A stretch of DNA of 63,219 nucleotides, the filler included, from Octopus bimaculoides (Eukaryota), in the NCBI RefSeq assembly GCF_001194135.2. It is 11 parts of 8 records of this genome, joined end to end, with 100 filler letters (N's around TTAATTAATTAA, not from the genome) between each part and the next. Parts side by side here need not be neighbours in the genome. Positions count along the whole stretch, not along the records: positions 29,496 to 43,228 come from NC_069008.1; positions 43,329 to 48,059 come from NC_068987.1; positions 48,160 to 52,797 come from NC_069006.1; 8 more parts are not named here. The stretch is one strand, 5' to 3'. Shown piece by piece: positions 37,955 through 50,932 of the stretch. Both the position numbers and the translations under genes were made by a program. Numbering within the stretch: the stretch's first letter is position 1; each line of letters opens with the position of its first letter. The notes beneath the pieces were generated by a model. That model had not been told where the DNA came from, did not search any database, and saw only the letters and a program-made list of their open reading frames with translations.

Positions 37955-38142
37955 GTGTGTGTGTGTCTGTATTTGTACCTCTACTACTGCTTGACAACCG
38001 GTGTTGGAGTGTTTATGTCCCCGGAACGGTTCGGCAAAAGAGACTGATAGAATGCTATCTGTTGGAGTCTCAGCTTTTTAGCTGCTATTTCTGAACTTCG
38101 GTATGTGGTGAAGCAACTGTTTGCTGATCCCTTAATTATGTT

Positions 38143-38174
<32 letters not shown>

Positions 38175-38350
38175 TATATACATACATACATACATACATG
38201 TGTGTGTGTGTGTATGTTTGTGCGTGTGTGTGTGTGTCTGTATTTGTACCTCTACTACTGTTTGACAACCGGTGTTGGAGTGTTTATGTCCCCAGAACGG
38301 TTCGGCAAAAGAGACCGATAGAATAAGTACTAGGCTTACAAAGAATAAAT
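37955..38350 (+). mobile_element. Locally duplicated SINE family B internal fragment (two copies ~270 bp apart)
   Basis: Near-identical ttgacaaccggtgttggagtgtttatgtcccc.gaacggttcggcaaaagagac in both copies, sharing the same short deletion relative to other B copies. Confidence 0.8.
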
Positions 38351-38823
38351 CTTGCTGTAGGAAAATTAATCATAACATCAGTAAAATTAGAAAGATTGTG
38401 AATAAAATGTGTAAATATAATTTAGAGACTAGCAGAAAACCACTTGGGTGGCGCTCTTTTTGCTAGTATAACATACCTAAATCCCCGAAGTGAGAAAATA
38501 TATGGGGTGGTTGAAGATAAATCATTCCATGGGGAACTTTTCAGCTTTTCATGAGAGAACCAGGTTTCACGATTTGTATTTTGTCCATCAAATATCATAT
38601 TAACCACAGCTGTTTGGTTTTTATAAATCACCAGTTTCACCTAAAAAGAGTAAAAAAAGTAACATCCCTGTAACTTAGCAGTTCGGCAAAAGAGGCAGTT
38701 GGAATAGTACTAGAGTTTAAAAAAGTAAATAAAAACTGGGGAAGATTTGTTCGATTAAAATCCACCAAGTCACTGCTCCAGCATAGCCGCAGTCCAGACT
38801 GAAACAAGAAAAAGATAAATATA

Positions 38824-39034
38824 TACGAGAGAGTGTTGAAAAGTTCTTGGCTTTTGGTAGAAAACATAAGAGGACCAGTTAATTATGATTTTATTCAACC
38901 TGTTCCCCTCTCGGATTCATATGCTTATTGCAATGGTTCTTCAGTTTTTCTAAGCTTTGTAATAGAACTCAGAAGGTTGAGCCTTCAACCAGGTCTTTTG
39001 CGACACCCTTAGAACTTTTCAGCCCCCCCTCGAA
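38824..39034. mobile_element. Mariner-derived MITE, copy 2
   Basis: TACGAGAGAGTGTTGAAAAGTT...AACTTTTCAGCCCCCCCTCG; same internal sequence as copy 1. Confidence 0.72.
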
Positions 39035-40189
39035 TGTATTATCAATATGCGTGTTTATGATTGATGAATAAAATGAACACCTGTTAAATACTGTTGCTTG
39101 AATTTGTAGTGAAACTAATTTCTATTGTGGCATATTGGAGTCGACTAGCTTTTTATAGGCTTCACACGTTAATTTGAAATGATTGGCTTATCATTTGAGT
39201 TTGGAACATTGGTTGAGTCCCGTACTTTGATTGGTCAAATATTGCGCGGGATTTGATCGAGGATCCAATCATGTTGTGCGTAATACATTCTAAAGCAACT
39301 AACCTGAATCTTTTCTGGAGCCTAATTCTGCAGTTAGCAAAGCATCTATGACAGAGGGGTGAAAGATTTTCACAAAAGCAAGTCATGTTATTTTCCTGCC
39401 GTTAAACGAAACATGCAACCAACGACAGCCCAAGTTGAATTATCCAAACAACGGATGAACTATACAACTACCAGTATCCGTGATGTGTTTATTAAGCAGA
39501 GGAATAACGTCTCCCTGTAATTTTAAAGTTTGTTTCTTGTTTTATTTTCACAAGTGAACACGCAACACTTTATGTAATGGTGTGCAAGATTCCGTAGTAA
39601 GCCAAGGGAGACTTTATACCTACACAGCTAAAAATTAACCCTTATCCAAAATGTGTAGTGATCTATACATGACAGAAAACATTGTTAAAGGGTGTTCAGT
39701 TGTTAGACTTACAGAAGAAATACATCCTAGGATATCTCTTCTTAATTGCTATCTGTTAGTTCTTCAATCCTGTGGACTTCTCCATGTTGTTTTTTGGTCT
39801 GTCACGCTTCCTTTCATCCTTTTGATTTAGGTTTTGATAAGTTGCTGTTAGGTCTGTTCCTACAAGGTTTTGTTTATGAGCCTGTCTTATCATCTCACCC
39901 GAAAGAGGACAAAACAGTTAAACTATGAGTTCAATCCCCACCGAGGTCAACTTGCTTTACTTTCTTCTGAGCTCAATAAAACTTTGATCAACCGTATATC
40001 GTAAGTTAATTTCATCGATATTTTTATCCATTTACTCATCACTCATAAAGAAGGGAGACTTTTGTCTGTGATAAATGCTCTTCTAACTGCAGTTTGTAAT
40101 GAAGAAAACCTCTACGTGCTTACTATATAATTTGTTCAAGCTCGGCAGCCTTCCAAAGTAATTTCAGGAACATCCTGCTAGGTATCTGG

Positions 40190-40580
40190 TGCAGGTGTGG
40201 CTGTACGGTATGAAACTTCCTTCCCAACCACATGGTTCTACATTCGGTTCCATTGCGTGGCAACCCGGGTAAGTGTCTGCTGCTATAGCTATTGGCCGAC
40301 CAAAGCTTTGTGAGTGGATTTGGTAGGCGGAAACTGAAAGAAGCTTGTCGTATATGTATATATGTATCTATGTGTGTGTGTTTTTCTGTTTGTGTTTGTT
40401 GTTCTCCACCACCTGAGAATCTGTGTTGGAATGTTTACGTATCCATAACTGAAGTTTGGCAAAAGAGACCAGGTTTAAAAGGAAGGTAAGTCCTGGTGTT
40501 GGCTTATTCGACTAAAACTCTTCGAGACAGTGACTCAGTATGACCTCAGTCAAATGACTGAAACAAGTAAAAGATAAAAG
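40190..40580 (+). mobile_element. SINE family B, full length
   Basis: ggtgtggctg...cccaaccacatggttc...gccgaccaaagc...ggaaactgaaagaagc...gactgaaacaagtaaaaga. Confidence 0.85.
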
Positions 40581-41180
40581 ATAAATGACAGAAGTTTGAA
40601 ATGCATGCAGCAGTACACAGTATTCTCTGAAATGACTGTTGGTGTTGTAGTGGCGCGAAATTATTGCCGCCATTAAGGAAGTACAATCTACGCATGCACA
40701 AGGGACTTGCCTTCCCGGAAGCCCCTCGAGTGTGCATGCGTAGTAAAACCAGTACTTAAAGCGCTTCGCACGATGCCTTCGATGTAACAACAACTTGCTC
40801 CACTGAGATGCCTCAACAATGCTTTTAACCTTCCAATGCTGACTACAAATCAACCAGCGGCTGCCAGGCTGAATAACACAGGATTTGTAAAACCAAGCAT
40901 CACCAAAAATAAAACTTATTTTTATTATGTTGTTAATTGTTCTACTGTTTCTTAATATATAATTTTGTTGAAAGGTGATAGAGAGAGACTAATGTCTCTA
41001 TTGCAACTATCAACCTTTTATAGTGTTTTATCCCCTGTTATCTAAAGCAGTGAAAATGTCTTTTTGATAAATCAGATATAAAGCCAACATACATGACGAG
41101 ATCTAAAAGTTTCTTTGTAGTTATTACTATTATTATGAAAGTCTGTGTGTGAAGAAATCTCAATATGTGTGGGTGTATGC

Positions 41181-41385
41181 AAGATGGCGAATTGGTAGAT
41201 TCGTTAGCACATCGGGAAATATCTTTAGCAACATTTCGTTCGCCTTTATGTTCTGAGTTAAAATTCCGCCGAGATCGACTTTGGCTTTCATTTTTACGGG
41301 GGTCGATAAAATAAGTACCAGTTGAGCATTGGGGTCAATGTAATCATGACCCCCTACTCTGAAACTTCTGGCCTTGTGCCAAATT
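41181..41385 (+). mobile_element. SINE family A
   Basis: Full head, central block and ggccttgtgcc tail. Confidence 0.8.
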
Positions 41386-42179
41386 NNNNNNNNNNNNNNN
41401 NNNNNNNNNNNNNNNNNNNNNNNNNNNNNNNNNNNNNNNNNNNNNNNNNNNNNNNNNNNNNNNNNNNNNNNNNNNNNNNNNNNNNNNNNNNNNNNNNNNN
41501 NNNNNNNNNNNNNNNNNNNNNNNNNNNNNNNNNNNNNNNNNNNNNNNNNNNNNNNNNNNNNNNNNNNNNNNNNNNNNNNNNNNNNNNNNNNNNNNNNNNN
41601 NNNNNNNNNNNNNNNNNNNNNNNNNNNNNNNNNNNNNNNNNNNNNNNNNNNNNNNNNNNNNNNNNNNNNNNNNNNNNNNNNNNNNNNNNNNNNNNNNNNN
41701 NNNNNNNNNNNNNNNNNNNNNNNNNNNNNNNNNNNNNNNNNNNNNNNNNNNNNNNNNNNNNNNNNNNNNNNNNNNNNNGTGCAAAAGGTTGTTTTAAATC
41801 AATGGTTCCTCAACTTTTTCGGGCTGTTCCCCCCCACCTCCGGACCACATTAAAAGACCCCCCAACTCACCACCACAAACAGACTATTTTCTACAGCAAA
41901 TTCGAAACAACTGTATTTTACAAATAAAAGTTAATTAACCCAATTAACCCATTATTTTGTTTTTACATCCATCATCCCCTTTTGATCATCCCATTATCGT
42001 CCAACTTTTCTTCAACGACCCCCCCCTGGATCATTCCACTGTCCCCTGGGGAGGCAGTGCCGGTAACATGTATTGAGATGAGCATTGTCGCTCTGAGAAA
42101 GATTACCTTCCATGTAAATAATATTTTACTGCATAACTTTATTTGATTTTGTAAATGAACAATCTGGTGTGTTTATTCT

Positions 42180-43000
42180 AATGATTCTCAATGAATACAG
42201 TGAGTTTCTTTGCCCTAGGTGTCGGGAAGACACGCGGCAGGCAAGAAATAGAAACAAAACTAAAAGAAGATGAAAAATAACATTGATCACATAATCTCTG
42301 GATACCGTAGACTGGCACCAACAGAATACATGACCGGGCAGCCCAGTACATATGCTGGTCAATATGCCACACATACAACCTTCCTCACAAAAAAAATTGG
42401 TGGGAACACAAGCCACCACAAGTTTCCCAGAATGCTGAGGTGATCATCTTGGCGAAGGTAAAGAATACGCACATCCGGTGTTTAGGATTAGGGTTAGGGT
42501 TTAAGGTTAGGGTTAGAGTTTAGGTTTAGGATTAGGGGTTTAAGGTTAGTTTTAGGGCTAGTTTTAGGATTGGTTTTAAGGTTAGGGTTACACCAAAAAT
42601 GGGTGGTGTGCGTATTCTTTACCTCCGGCACCATCTTTTCGAATTCCAGTGTTCAAACTGATCGGGAACGGCAAGCAAATCAACCTGATCTCATTGTGAA
42701 AAGTCACATTGACAAAAAACTTGCCTTCTGATTGATGTTGCAGCTCCAACCAACAAAATCATATCTCTGAAAAACATTTGAAAAACTGAGCAAATATAAA
42801 GACCTGGAGATTGAAATCGGAAGACTGTGGCAACTCAAAAACATTACCCCTTACTATCGGGGCACTTGAAATGATATCAAGAGGAGCGAACAAGTATGTA
42901 GACCAAATCCCCTAGAAGCCCCCAAATAAGCGAATTACAAAAAATCATACTTATGGGTATCTCACATATTCTACAGAAATTCCTTTACATATAAATGCGT
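42180..43000 (+). pseudogene. R4-clade LINE 3' portion interrupted by TTAGGG MITE
   Basis: IDHIISG...LAPTEY, VQTDRERQANQPDLIV, LIDVAAP, KYKDLEIEIGRLWQL and ELQKIILMG. Confidence 0.85.
42451..42629. mobile_element. MITE enclosing a ~110-bp degenerate TTAGGG array (family T1, copy B)
   Basis: 18-bp perfect TIR core AGGTAAAGAATACGCACA. 8-bp TSD atcatctt/accatctt (42443-42450, 42630-42637). Splits an R4-type LINE coding segment. Confidence 0.88.
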
Positions 43001-43035
43001 TAATTTATACGAGTTGCACTCAAGTCACAACCAGC

Positions 43036-43228
43036 GACGACAAAGGGTAACAGGGTTTTACATTTGAAAATACTAACAGGTGAGACACCATGCAAGTAAA
43101 CACACTGATGTCTGTGGGGGAACAAAAATTTTCCATTTTTGTTCCCCCACAGACATCAGTGTGTTTACTTGCATGGTGTCTCACCTGTTAGTATTTTCAA
43201 ATGTAAAACCCTGTTACCCTTTGTCGTC
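43036..43228. repeat. Perfect 94-bp-arm palindrome with 5-nt loop
   Basis: 43036-43129 is exactly complementary to 43135-43228, loop TTTCC. The right arm ends at the contig edge. Confidence 0.95.
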
Positions 43229-43912
43229 NNNNNNNNNNNNNNNNNNNNNNNNNNNNNNNNNNNNNNNNNNNNTTAATTAATTAANNNNNNNNNNNNNNNN
43301 NNNNNNNNNNNNNNNNNNNNNNNNNNNNTGACCTGATCTGAGATGGTGTGCTGAAACAAAAACAGTTGAAGCGTGGAAGATGTTTATAAGCCATTTCAAA
43401 ATACACAAAAAAAACATTAGATTCACTTCAACATTGAAATTTAATTTACCAAAATATTTTCGACCCTTTGAGACCGCGACCCGTGCACTAACAAAATTCC
43501 ATGCTGCATCTGAGAAAAGTAACAGTTAGATCATGATATATATACGTACATACGAACGTAGATACGTATGTATGTATGAATGTATGTATGTATGTATGTA
43601 TGTATGTATGTATGTATGCATGCATGTATGAATGCACCTATGTATGCATGTGTGCATGTAAGTACATGTAAGTATGCGCGTATGCATAGGTGTACATGCG
43701 TATGCATGAGTACATGCCTATACTCATGTATGTATATATGAATGTACGTATGTACCTATGTATGTATGTGAGCATTTAGGTATGTAAGTGTGTAGACGTG
43801 TTTGATTGAGTATACATATGTATGTACATGAGAAGGTATATTTATGTACTGATATGCATGTCTTTTCAAGTTGTATACATGACTGTTACTCCGTCGAAAG
43901 CTGTATACATGT

Positions 43913-44930
43913 ATATTGGGTTGGCAACTAAGTTTCCGCCGTCTCTTTAAAAATTTTGGCATTTATTGCGTTTTCAAATTTTGGAATCTGTTTTTCGAGA
44001 ATTCTATTTTTGAATCATTTTTTAATCATATTTTGTTTTGTGTTTTAGAGTTAATTTTAGTTAATATTTGTTTATATTTAGATCATTAAAAGGGAATGTC
44101 AAGTTGAGAAAAACGAGCATTTTCGACACCTCTTCCTTTTTGCTTTTAATCAATGTAGGTTCTAAGGCCGCAAAAGCTGCTTGTGATATTTGTGCTGTGT
44201 ATGGAGAGGGTGCCATAGCTGAAAGGACCGATCGTGATTGCTGTGGCAAGTTCAAAAATGGAAAATTCTTACCACCTAATGCAACAATCAACTGTTAGCA
44301 ATTAGAGCATTTGAACGTCAACGGTTAGCAATTAGAGCATTTGAACCTAGAATTGAAGAAAAAAAAACCCGCTTTAATTTAGTGAATCGAAAAGGAGTGA
44401 TGTTTCATCAAGAAAATGCCCGACCCCACACTGCAAAGATCAGATCACAGAAGATCGAAGAGCTTGGTTGGGTAAAATACCTCATTCACCTTATTCTCCC
44501 GACCTTGCTCCTTCAGACAATCATTTGTTTCGTTGTTTACAGAATCATTTGGGGGACATAACTTTTGCAAGCCAGGCNNNNNNNNNNNNNNNNNNNNNNN
44601 NNNNNNNNNNNNNNNNNNNNNNNNNNNTCACCTTATTCTCCCGACCTTGCTCCTTCAGACAATCATTTGTTTCGTTGTTTACAGAATCATTTGGGGGACA
44701 TAACTTTTGCAAGCCAGGCGGAGGTCGAAACTGACATTTCAGAGTTCTTTGCTTTGAAACCTAAAGAGTTTTACATTGATGGGATTAATAAGCTTGTAAA
44801 TAGATGGAAGGAAGACATAGATAATAGAGGAAAGTACATTGATGATTAAATTTCAATTAAATATAAGATTTGATCACTTGTTTTCTGTATTCAAAATTCG
44901 GACAGAACTTATGGGATGACCTGATATAAA
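43913..44930 (+). mobile_element. Internally deleted mariner (Hsmar1/SETMAR-like) element
   Basis: TIR-like TATTGGGTTGGCAACTAAG. GSKAAKAACDICAVYGEGAIAERT, then FHQENARPHTAK, PHSPYSPDLAPSDNHLFRCLQ and GINKLVNRWK...GKYIDD*. The central region is missing and the two ends are only weakly complementary. Confidence 0.88.
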
Positions 44931-47900
44931 AGCTCTGTATATTGAAGATATGTACGAGCCCGGTATATTGAAGATTTACCAAAGGATATCAGGAGTTTGA
45001 AAATATACGACAATACCGAAATTTCTGCATTAATTCAGACTTTTTCCCCTTCCATAACCTTATGAATTAAACGCACTACATGAAATACATATTGGATGTT
45101 TTATTTTTCAAAATGAAGACATTGAATTAAATATGTTCAAATAATATGTAAACTCTGATGGAAGATGTTATGACAGCGGCTGAATTTTCAGTCTCATGTT
45201 TAGATCAAATGTTTATGATATTTAACATCGCTCGCTGATCTCAGCATTTTTCTTCCTAAAAATGTATTTTGATTGGAATCTGCATCTCTTTGCGTAACAT
45301 GTAAGATTTTATTAGAATCTAAAAAATGGAATCATTAGATAGGGGGAGGCAACAGTGGCGCAGATGTAGCTGAGTGGAATGTTACAAAATGAAAGTGGTA
45401 AGCTGTTATTTAGATGTTGCTACTGAGAAATATAGTTCGCTAAAATGTACGTAAAGTGGAAGTAAGAGAGTTTGATACTAATATTAAGTAGGAATCATAC
45501 GCAAATACTGAATAGAGTAAATGCTGTTTCACGTGAATAGGCATGATCAGTATGAAAAGAGCAGAGGATAAACGTATGAAATTATTTTGATCGCGTTTTG
45601 TGTTTTTTTTTTTATATGTAGCAGATATATTTTCATTTTGATACTACGTATACACAAAATAGCGGAAATTGAAAATAAATACAACATTGTTCTCTCAATA
45701 TTGAAAATAACTGGGCTCATTGACTTTAATATCATGCGCTTGTTGATACGCGTACGCGTGCATACAGATGTATGTGTATAATCTATTTTAAGTATACGCT
45801 AGGATTTTGAGGTTACGAGAATATATAAGTATATGAGTTTGCATATTTTTTTCTAAAATATATTTCCTATTGACAACACCACATAACTATATTGCTAGAT
45901 GAATTGTAATTTGAAACAAGAAAATGCTAATGCCCAAGTATATGTTTTGCGTCAGAGCATACTACAATATGCACGCTGAGTGTGTATGTACATCCACTTA
46001 TATATAAGCATAAACATTAAAACTCTTTCACAAGAAATTGAATGCCTAGTGTAAGTTTGTTTTTTTAAAATTCAATATAGTTATATCAGTGTGTGTATAT
46101 GTATGTACGATTTGATCAATTATTTTTATATACATTGCTAATACGAATAGAAGCCAAATCATTTCAGAGAATCCATTAAAATCCTTTTGCTGATTTTCGA
46201 ATAAGATTAGTTTCGGATTTAAGAATACGAGATTAAGTATAGAAATGCCATCATATTCATTGTTATTTACATTCATTTCGTCTTTTTTTTCTTATAGAAA
46301 AATTTTAAAATGCGGAATATTTGTCATCACAGTTATTGTTGTTGTTCTGGTTATTGTCATTGTTGTTTTTGTTGTTGTCCTCGTCTTGCTGATATTGTTT
46401 AACCAAGTTCGTCTGCCTTCTATTCGAATTTCATTCGTATGAAAAATGTAATTCGGTAATATGAAAATAATCTTAGTATTTGACTGCTTTTTAAAAATAA
46501 ATTTTTGAACCTATGAAGAGTGAAAAGAATAGCTGATTTCGTTGAGAATTGAACCTAAAAACTAGTCAGTCGTACATAGATACCACAGATATATTGTGCG
46601 ATGTTCTAAGAATCCTGCTTGTACGCTGTATTGGTATATCTAAACTATGAAAGGTTATTTAGTGTCTTGGATTTCGTGTTCTTAGTTTCAGATGTACGAG
46701 ATGTAGCCTATATTTACAGGCAGTTATGCCAGCAATTAGATACTCCTTCGCGAATATTGCCAATTAGAGTGATCTTCAATAGCACAAAGTTTGGTGTCTG
46801 ACACTGGAGACGCTGGAATAAGTTGTAGTGAATGAAAACCTACTACATGCAGAGGGGTTTACTTTTGTTGATTTCTATACATGAAATTAATTTTACTCAT
46901 TATTAAGAATCACTAGTCGTTTAATAACATTAACTTTGGACTAGAAAACAGTAATTCTTTTGTTCAAATCCTGTATATATTAGCATATTATTGTACTTTT
47001 GTTATTTCTCCAAGGTTTAAATAATGAACTCAAACAGGGACTGCTTCTCGATGATTAGATTTGTAATTTTCATGAGTCATTTAGCCACAATATATTACTT
47101 CATATTCGTGTTGCGCATTAGGAGCAATAAAATGTAGTCTAATGCTAATTTCTCATTAATATTTTATGGTTTGAAGACAAAACTGTAAGTTTATAGAACA
47201 CCTGTTATTTCTATATCAGCCTTTTCCAATTATAAGCTCTTAATACAAAGAATCGGTACATGACACAAATCGCGTCAATGTCAAGCCACCCAATCCACCT
47301 GATTTGACTCCGTTAAACATATTACTAAATAGAAACAAACACCACGCTCTAAGTAGCAATCCCCTGGTGAATGTTGCTTGGTTTCAAATCTATTTCTGAC
47401 AATTGCATAATCACAAATCTTATGGAAACGTTTCGAAGGATGCCAAGTACAATTACTCTCCGTTACCAACCATATCTCTCTCTTAAAACAAAATCAGAGA
47501 ATTTGTACCTGGTCAACAAAAGGTTATTGCAATAGAGATATTGTACCTTGTCAAGAAAAACAAAAACCAATAATTATTACATAATGGATATCTGCGATTA
47601 TATTCGTATGTTGAAACACTAAAGCCAATGAGAATTTAATGGAATTAATTCGGAGTCGGAGTAATGGAACATTCATGTACTAAATATAATAATTAATTTT
47701 CTGTTCCTTTTTGACTGCTATCTAACTAATCATATAGCATGGTTATCCAGCAACTAGTAAAGGAGGATATATGGCTCAATGACAGCTAGTTCCATAGATC
47801 TATTCAACTGTCTAACAATGAATCATTGTTTTAAAAATATATTTGTCAGTCTACGCTTGTAGAATAATGTTGAGTGCGAGTATCACCAAGTATTTGTGCG

Positions 47901-47998
47901 AGAATCACTGTGTCTGTATTAATCTGATAATTTACAGACATGAAAAACTTTGAAATTATATAGTATATCTAGTTATACGCATACATACAAAACGAACT

Positions 47999-48059
<61 letters not shown>

Positions 48060-48254
48060 NNNNNNNNNNNNNNNNNNNNNNNNNNNNNNNNNNNNNNNNN
48101 NNNTTAATTAATTAANNNNNNNNNNNNNNNNNNNNNNNNNNNNNNNNNNNNNNNNNNNNAAAAAAAAAAAAAAAAAAAAAAGAAAAAACTAATTCAAATA
48201 TGGATGTTCAAAGTAAAGAACATCCATCCATTATTTTCTCCATTCTCTGATCTT

Positions 48255-48645
48255 TTCTTTTTCACTTGTTTCAGTGATTAGACTGTGGCCAAGCTGGGGC
48301 ACCACCTTGAGGAATTTTAGTCAAATGAATCAAGCTCAGGACATTTTTTCTTTTGAGCCTGGGACTTTTTCCATCAACCTCTTTTGCTAAACTGCTAAGT
48401 TACAGGGACATAAACACACCAACATCGGTTGCCAAGTGGTGGTGGTGGGAAACAAACAGAGACACGAAGACATACACACATGACAAGTTTCTTTCAGTTT
48501 CCGTCTATCAAATTCATTCACAAGGCTTTGATCAGCCTGAGGCTACAGCAGAAGTAGAAAATGCTAGCCCAAGGTGCCACGCGGTGGGACAGAACCTGGA
48601 TCCATGTGGTTAGGAAGCAAACTTCTTACCACACAACCACTCCAG
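48255..48645 (-). mobile_element. SINE family B, full length
   Basis: Reverse complement of the same consensus. Confidence 0.8.
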
Positions 48646-49026
48646 TGATTATAAACGTCTTTTTCTTATGAGGAAGAAATTTATTATTTTCGACCGAAAG
48701 TAGTAGCTTCACATCTTTAAAGACTTTGCTGAGACATAGATGTGTTTATGTCTAAGTACATACATAAATACAGAGAGGGAGGGAGAAAGAGGGAGAAAGA
48801 AAGAGAGACGGAGAGAGAGAGAGAGAGAGAGAGACGGAGAGAGGGAGGGAGAGAGAGAGGCGGGGGTGAAGTGCAAACTAAATGCAAGAAATTATGTTGA
48901 AATAAAAAAAATTTAAGCCCAACTCTTCATGCCTTTTGATGAATGAATAGATGCCAAAACAATTAGAGTTTAAACTGACATTTCAGATTTATTTGTTAAC
49001 ACCAATCTCTTCTCTTCTCTCTCTCT

Positions 49027-49067
<41 letters not shown>

Positions 49068-49714
49068 TTTATTCATTTTTGTTAACATGGATTTAGTACA
49101 TGTCTATGTAATTTCTGTTATTTATTGCTGTCCCACTCCCTCAAAGAATGATACGTTTGACTCTATGTGGGTTAGAAAAGAATGTAAGTGAGTTATGAGA
49201 AATACTTGCAAAACATTTTGTCTGCTCCAACCCTGTCTCTCTAATAGTTATTCTGTCAATATGATGTCTGATGTAGGCACAAGGTCACAAATTCATAGAA
49301 AATTGTGAATTTAATTACTCTTACTACATAAATAGTGTTTATTTTGTCATCCGAAGAGTTAAAAAGAGAAAATATGAGCTTAAAAGCTGCCCTATTGAGG
49401 CAAATGAAATCAAAATCGCTGATGTGGCCAATGACAGTACAGGCTGATTGGCACTCATGCCAGTGGAACGTTAAAAGCACATCTGAACAACATGGGTGGT
49501 AACCGGGCTCACCTATGAGCACACCTCATTCATTGGACAATGAACTTTGCTTGCGAAGACCTATACATATATATACATACACATATATATATACATACAC
49601 ATATATATATANNNNNNNNNNNNNNNNNNNNNNNNNNNNNNNNNNNNNNNNNNNNNNNNNNNNNNNNNNNNNNNNNNNNNNNNNNNNNNNNNNNNNNNNN
49701 NNNNNNNNNNNTTG

Positions 49715-50055
49715 GGGCAAGCGAAAGCGAAATCGTGATGGCACTTGTGCCGGTGGCATGTGTAAAGATATTCGAGTGAGTTCATTGCTGGACTGGCTCC
49801 TGTGCAGGTGACATGTAAAATACACCATTTCGAGCATGGCCATTGCCAGTATCACCTGACCGGCCTTTGTGCCGGTGGCACGTAAAAGCACCTACTACAC
49901 TCTCGGAGTGGTTGGCGTTAGGAAGGGCATCCAGCTGTAGAAACTGCCAAATCAGATTGGAGCCTGATGTAACCATCTGGTTTTCACCAGTCCTCAGTCA
50001 AATTGTCCAACCCATGCTAGCATGGAAAACAGACATTAACCGATGATGATGATGA
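49715..50055 (+). mobile_element. SINE family D with AGGAAGGGCATCC (V-domain-like) block and (GAT)n tail
   Basis: gttggcgttaggaagggcatccagctgtagaaac...ccaacccatgctagcatggaaa...gatgatgatg. Further copies at 50575-50760 and 25380-25557. Confidence 0.75.
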
Positions 50056-50070
50056 GGAGGATATATGTAA

Positions 50071-50286
50071 GATAAAGATAGCTTTGGCCAGTGCATGGAG
50101 TTACCCAGGATTTTGTGTCTGTAAAGCACTTAGCTTCACAGTGTCTCTTCAGACCCTAATAGCCAGTGGCCTATAACTTGGATATAGGCCCCTGGACATT
50201 AGGGTCTGAAGAGATGCTGTGAAGCTAAGTGCTTCATAAATGGAAACCCTGGGTAACCCCGTGCACCGGCCAAAGCTATCTTTATC
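50071..50286. mobile_element. Whole-length hairpin MITE flanked by TAA
   Basis: TAA|GATAAAGATAGCTTTGGCC...GGCCAAAGCTATCTTTATC|TAA. Pairing continues inward to gcctata/tataggc with a 7-nt loop. TAA flanks fit PIF/Harbinger, but a TA TSD is not excluded. Confidence 0.8.
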
Positions 50287-50451
50287 TAAATATTCTACTG
50301 TTCTATAACTTAGAGTGTTCTTCTCTTTCAGATTTATGATTCATTGATGATATATATATGTATGTATGTGTGTGTGTGTGTGTATATATATATGAACCCA
50401 GAACCATGCAATTGGGAAGCAAGCTTCTTACCACACAGCCACTCCTGTGTC

Positions 50452-50491
<40 letters not shown>

Positions 50492-50501
50492 NNNNNNNNN
50501 N

Positions 50502-50540
<39 letters not shown>

Positions 50541-50932
50541 TATCATTTAATATACACATTTAGAATAGAGCTATAAAAAGCACCGAATACACTCCATAAA
50601 CCCTGTGAAGTGGTTGGCATTAAGAAGGGCATCCAGTTGTAGAAACGAAGCCAAAACAGGCAATGGAGCCAGGTGCAGCCCTCCAGGCTTGCCTTCTCCT
50701 GTCAAACCAGCCAACCCATGCCAGCATATTAAACCCACATTAAATGATGATGATGATGTTGATGTATGTATCGTGTTCTTATGTTGGAGCAATGAGAACC
50801 ATCAAGTCATCAATAAAGATGACCGATGACTTGTGTGGTGACTTTCATTAAAGTGAAGAAGAGTTGCACTGTGTCAACCTCACACCCTGTTGTCCATGAC
50901 CGTCTTCAGTCCTGTGGCTAGAGCAGGTCAAG

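Noticed and set aside
44486-44719. Exact 92-bp direct repeat of the mariner YSPDL region
   Set aside because: Identical copies sit on either side of a short N gap; almost certainly an unmerged contig overlap.
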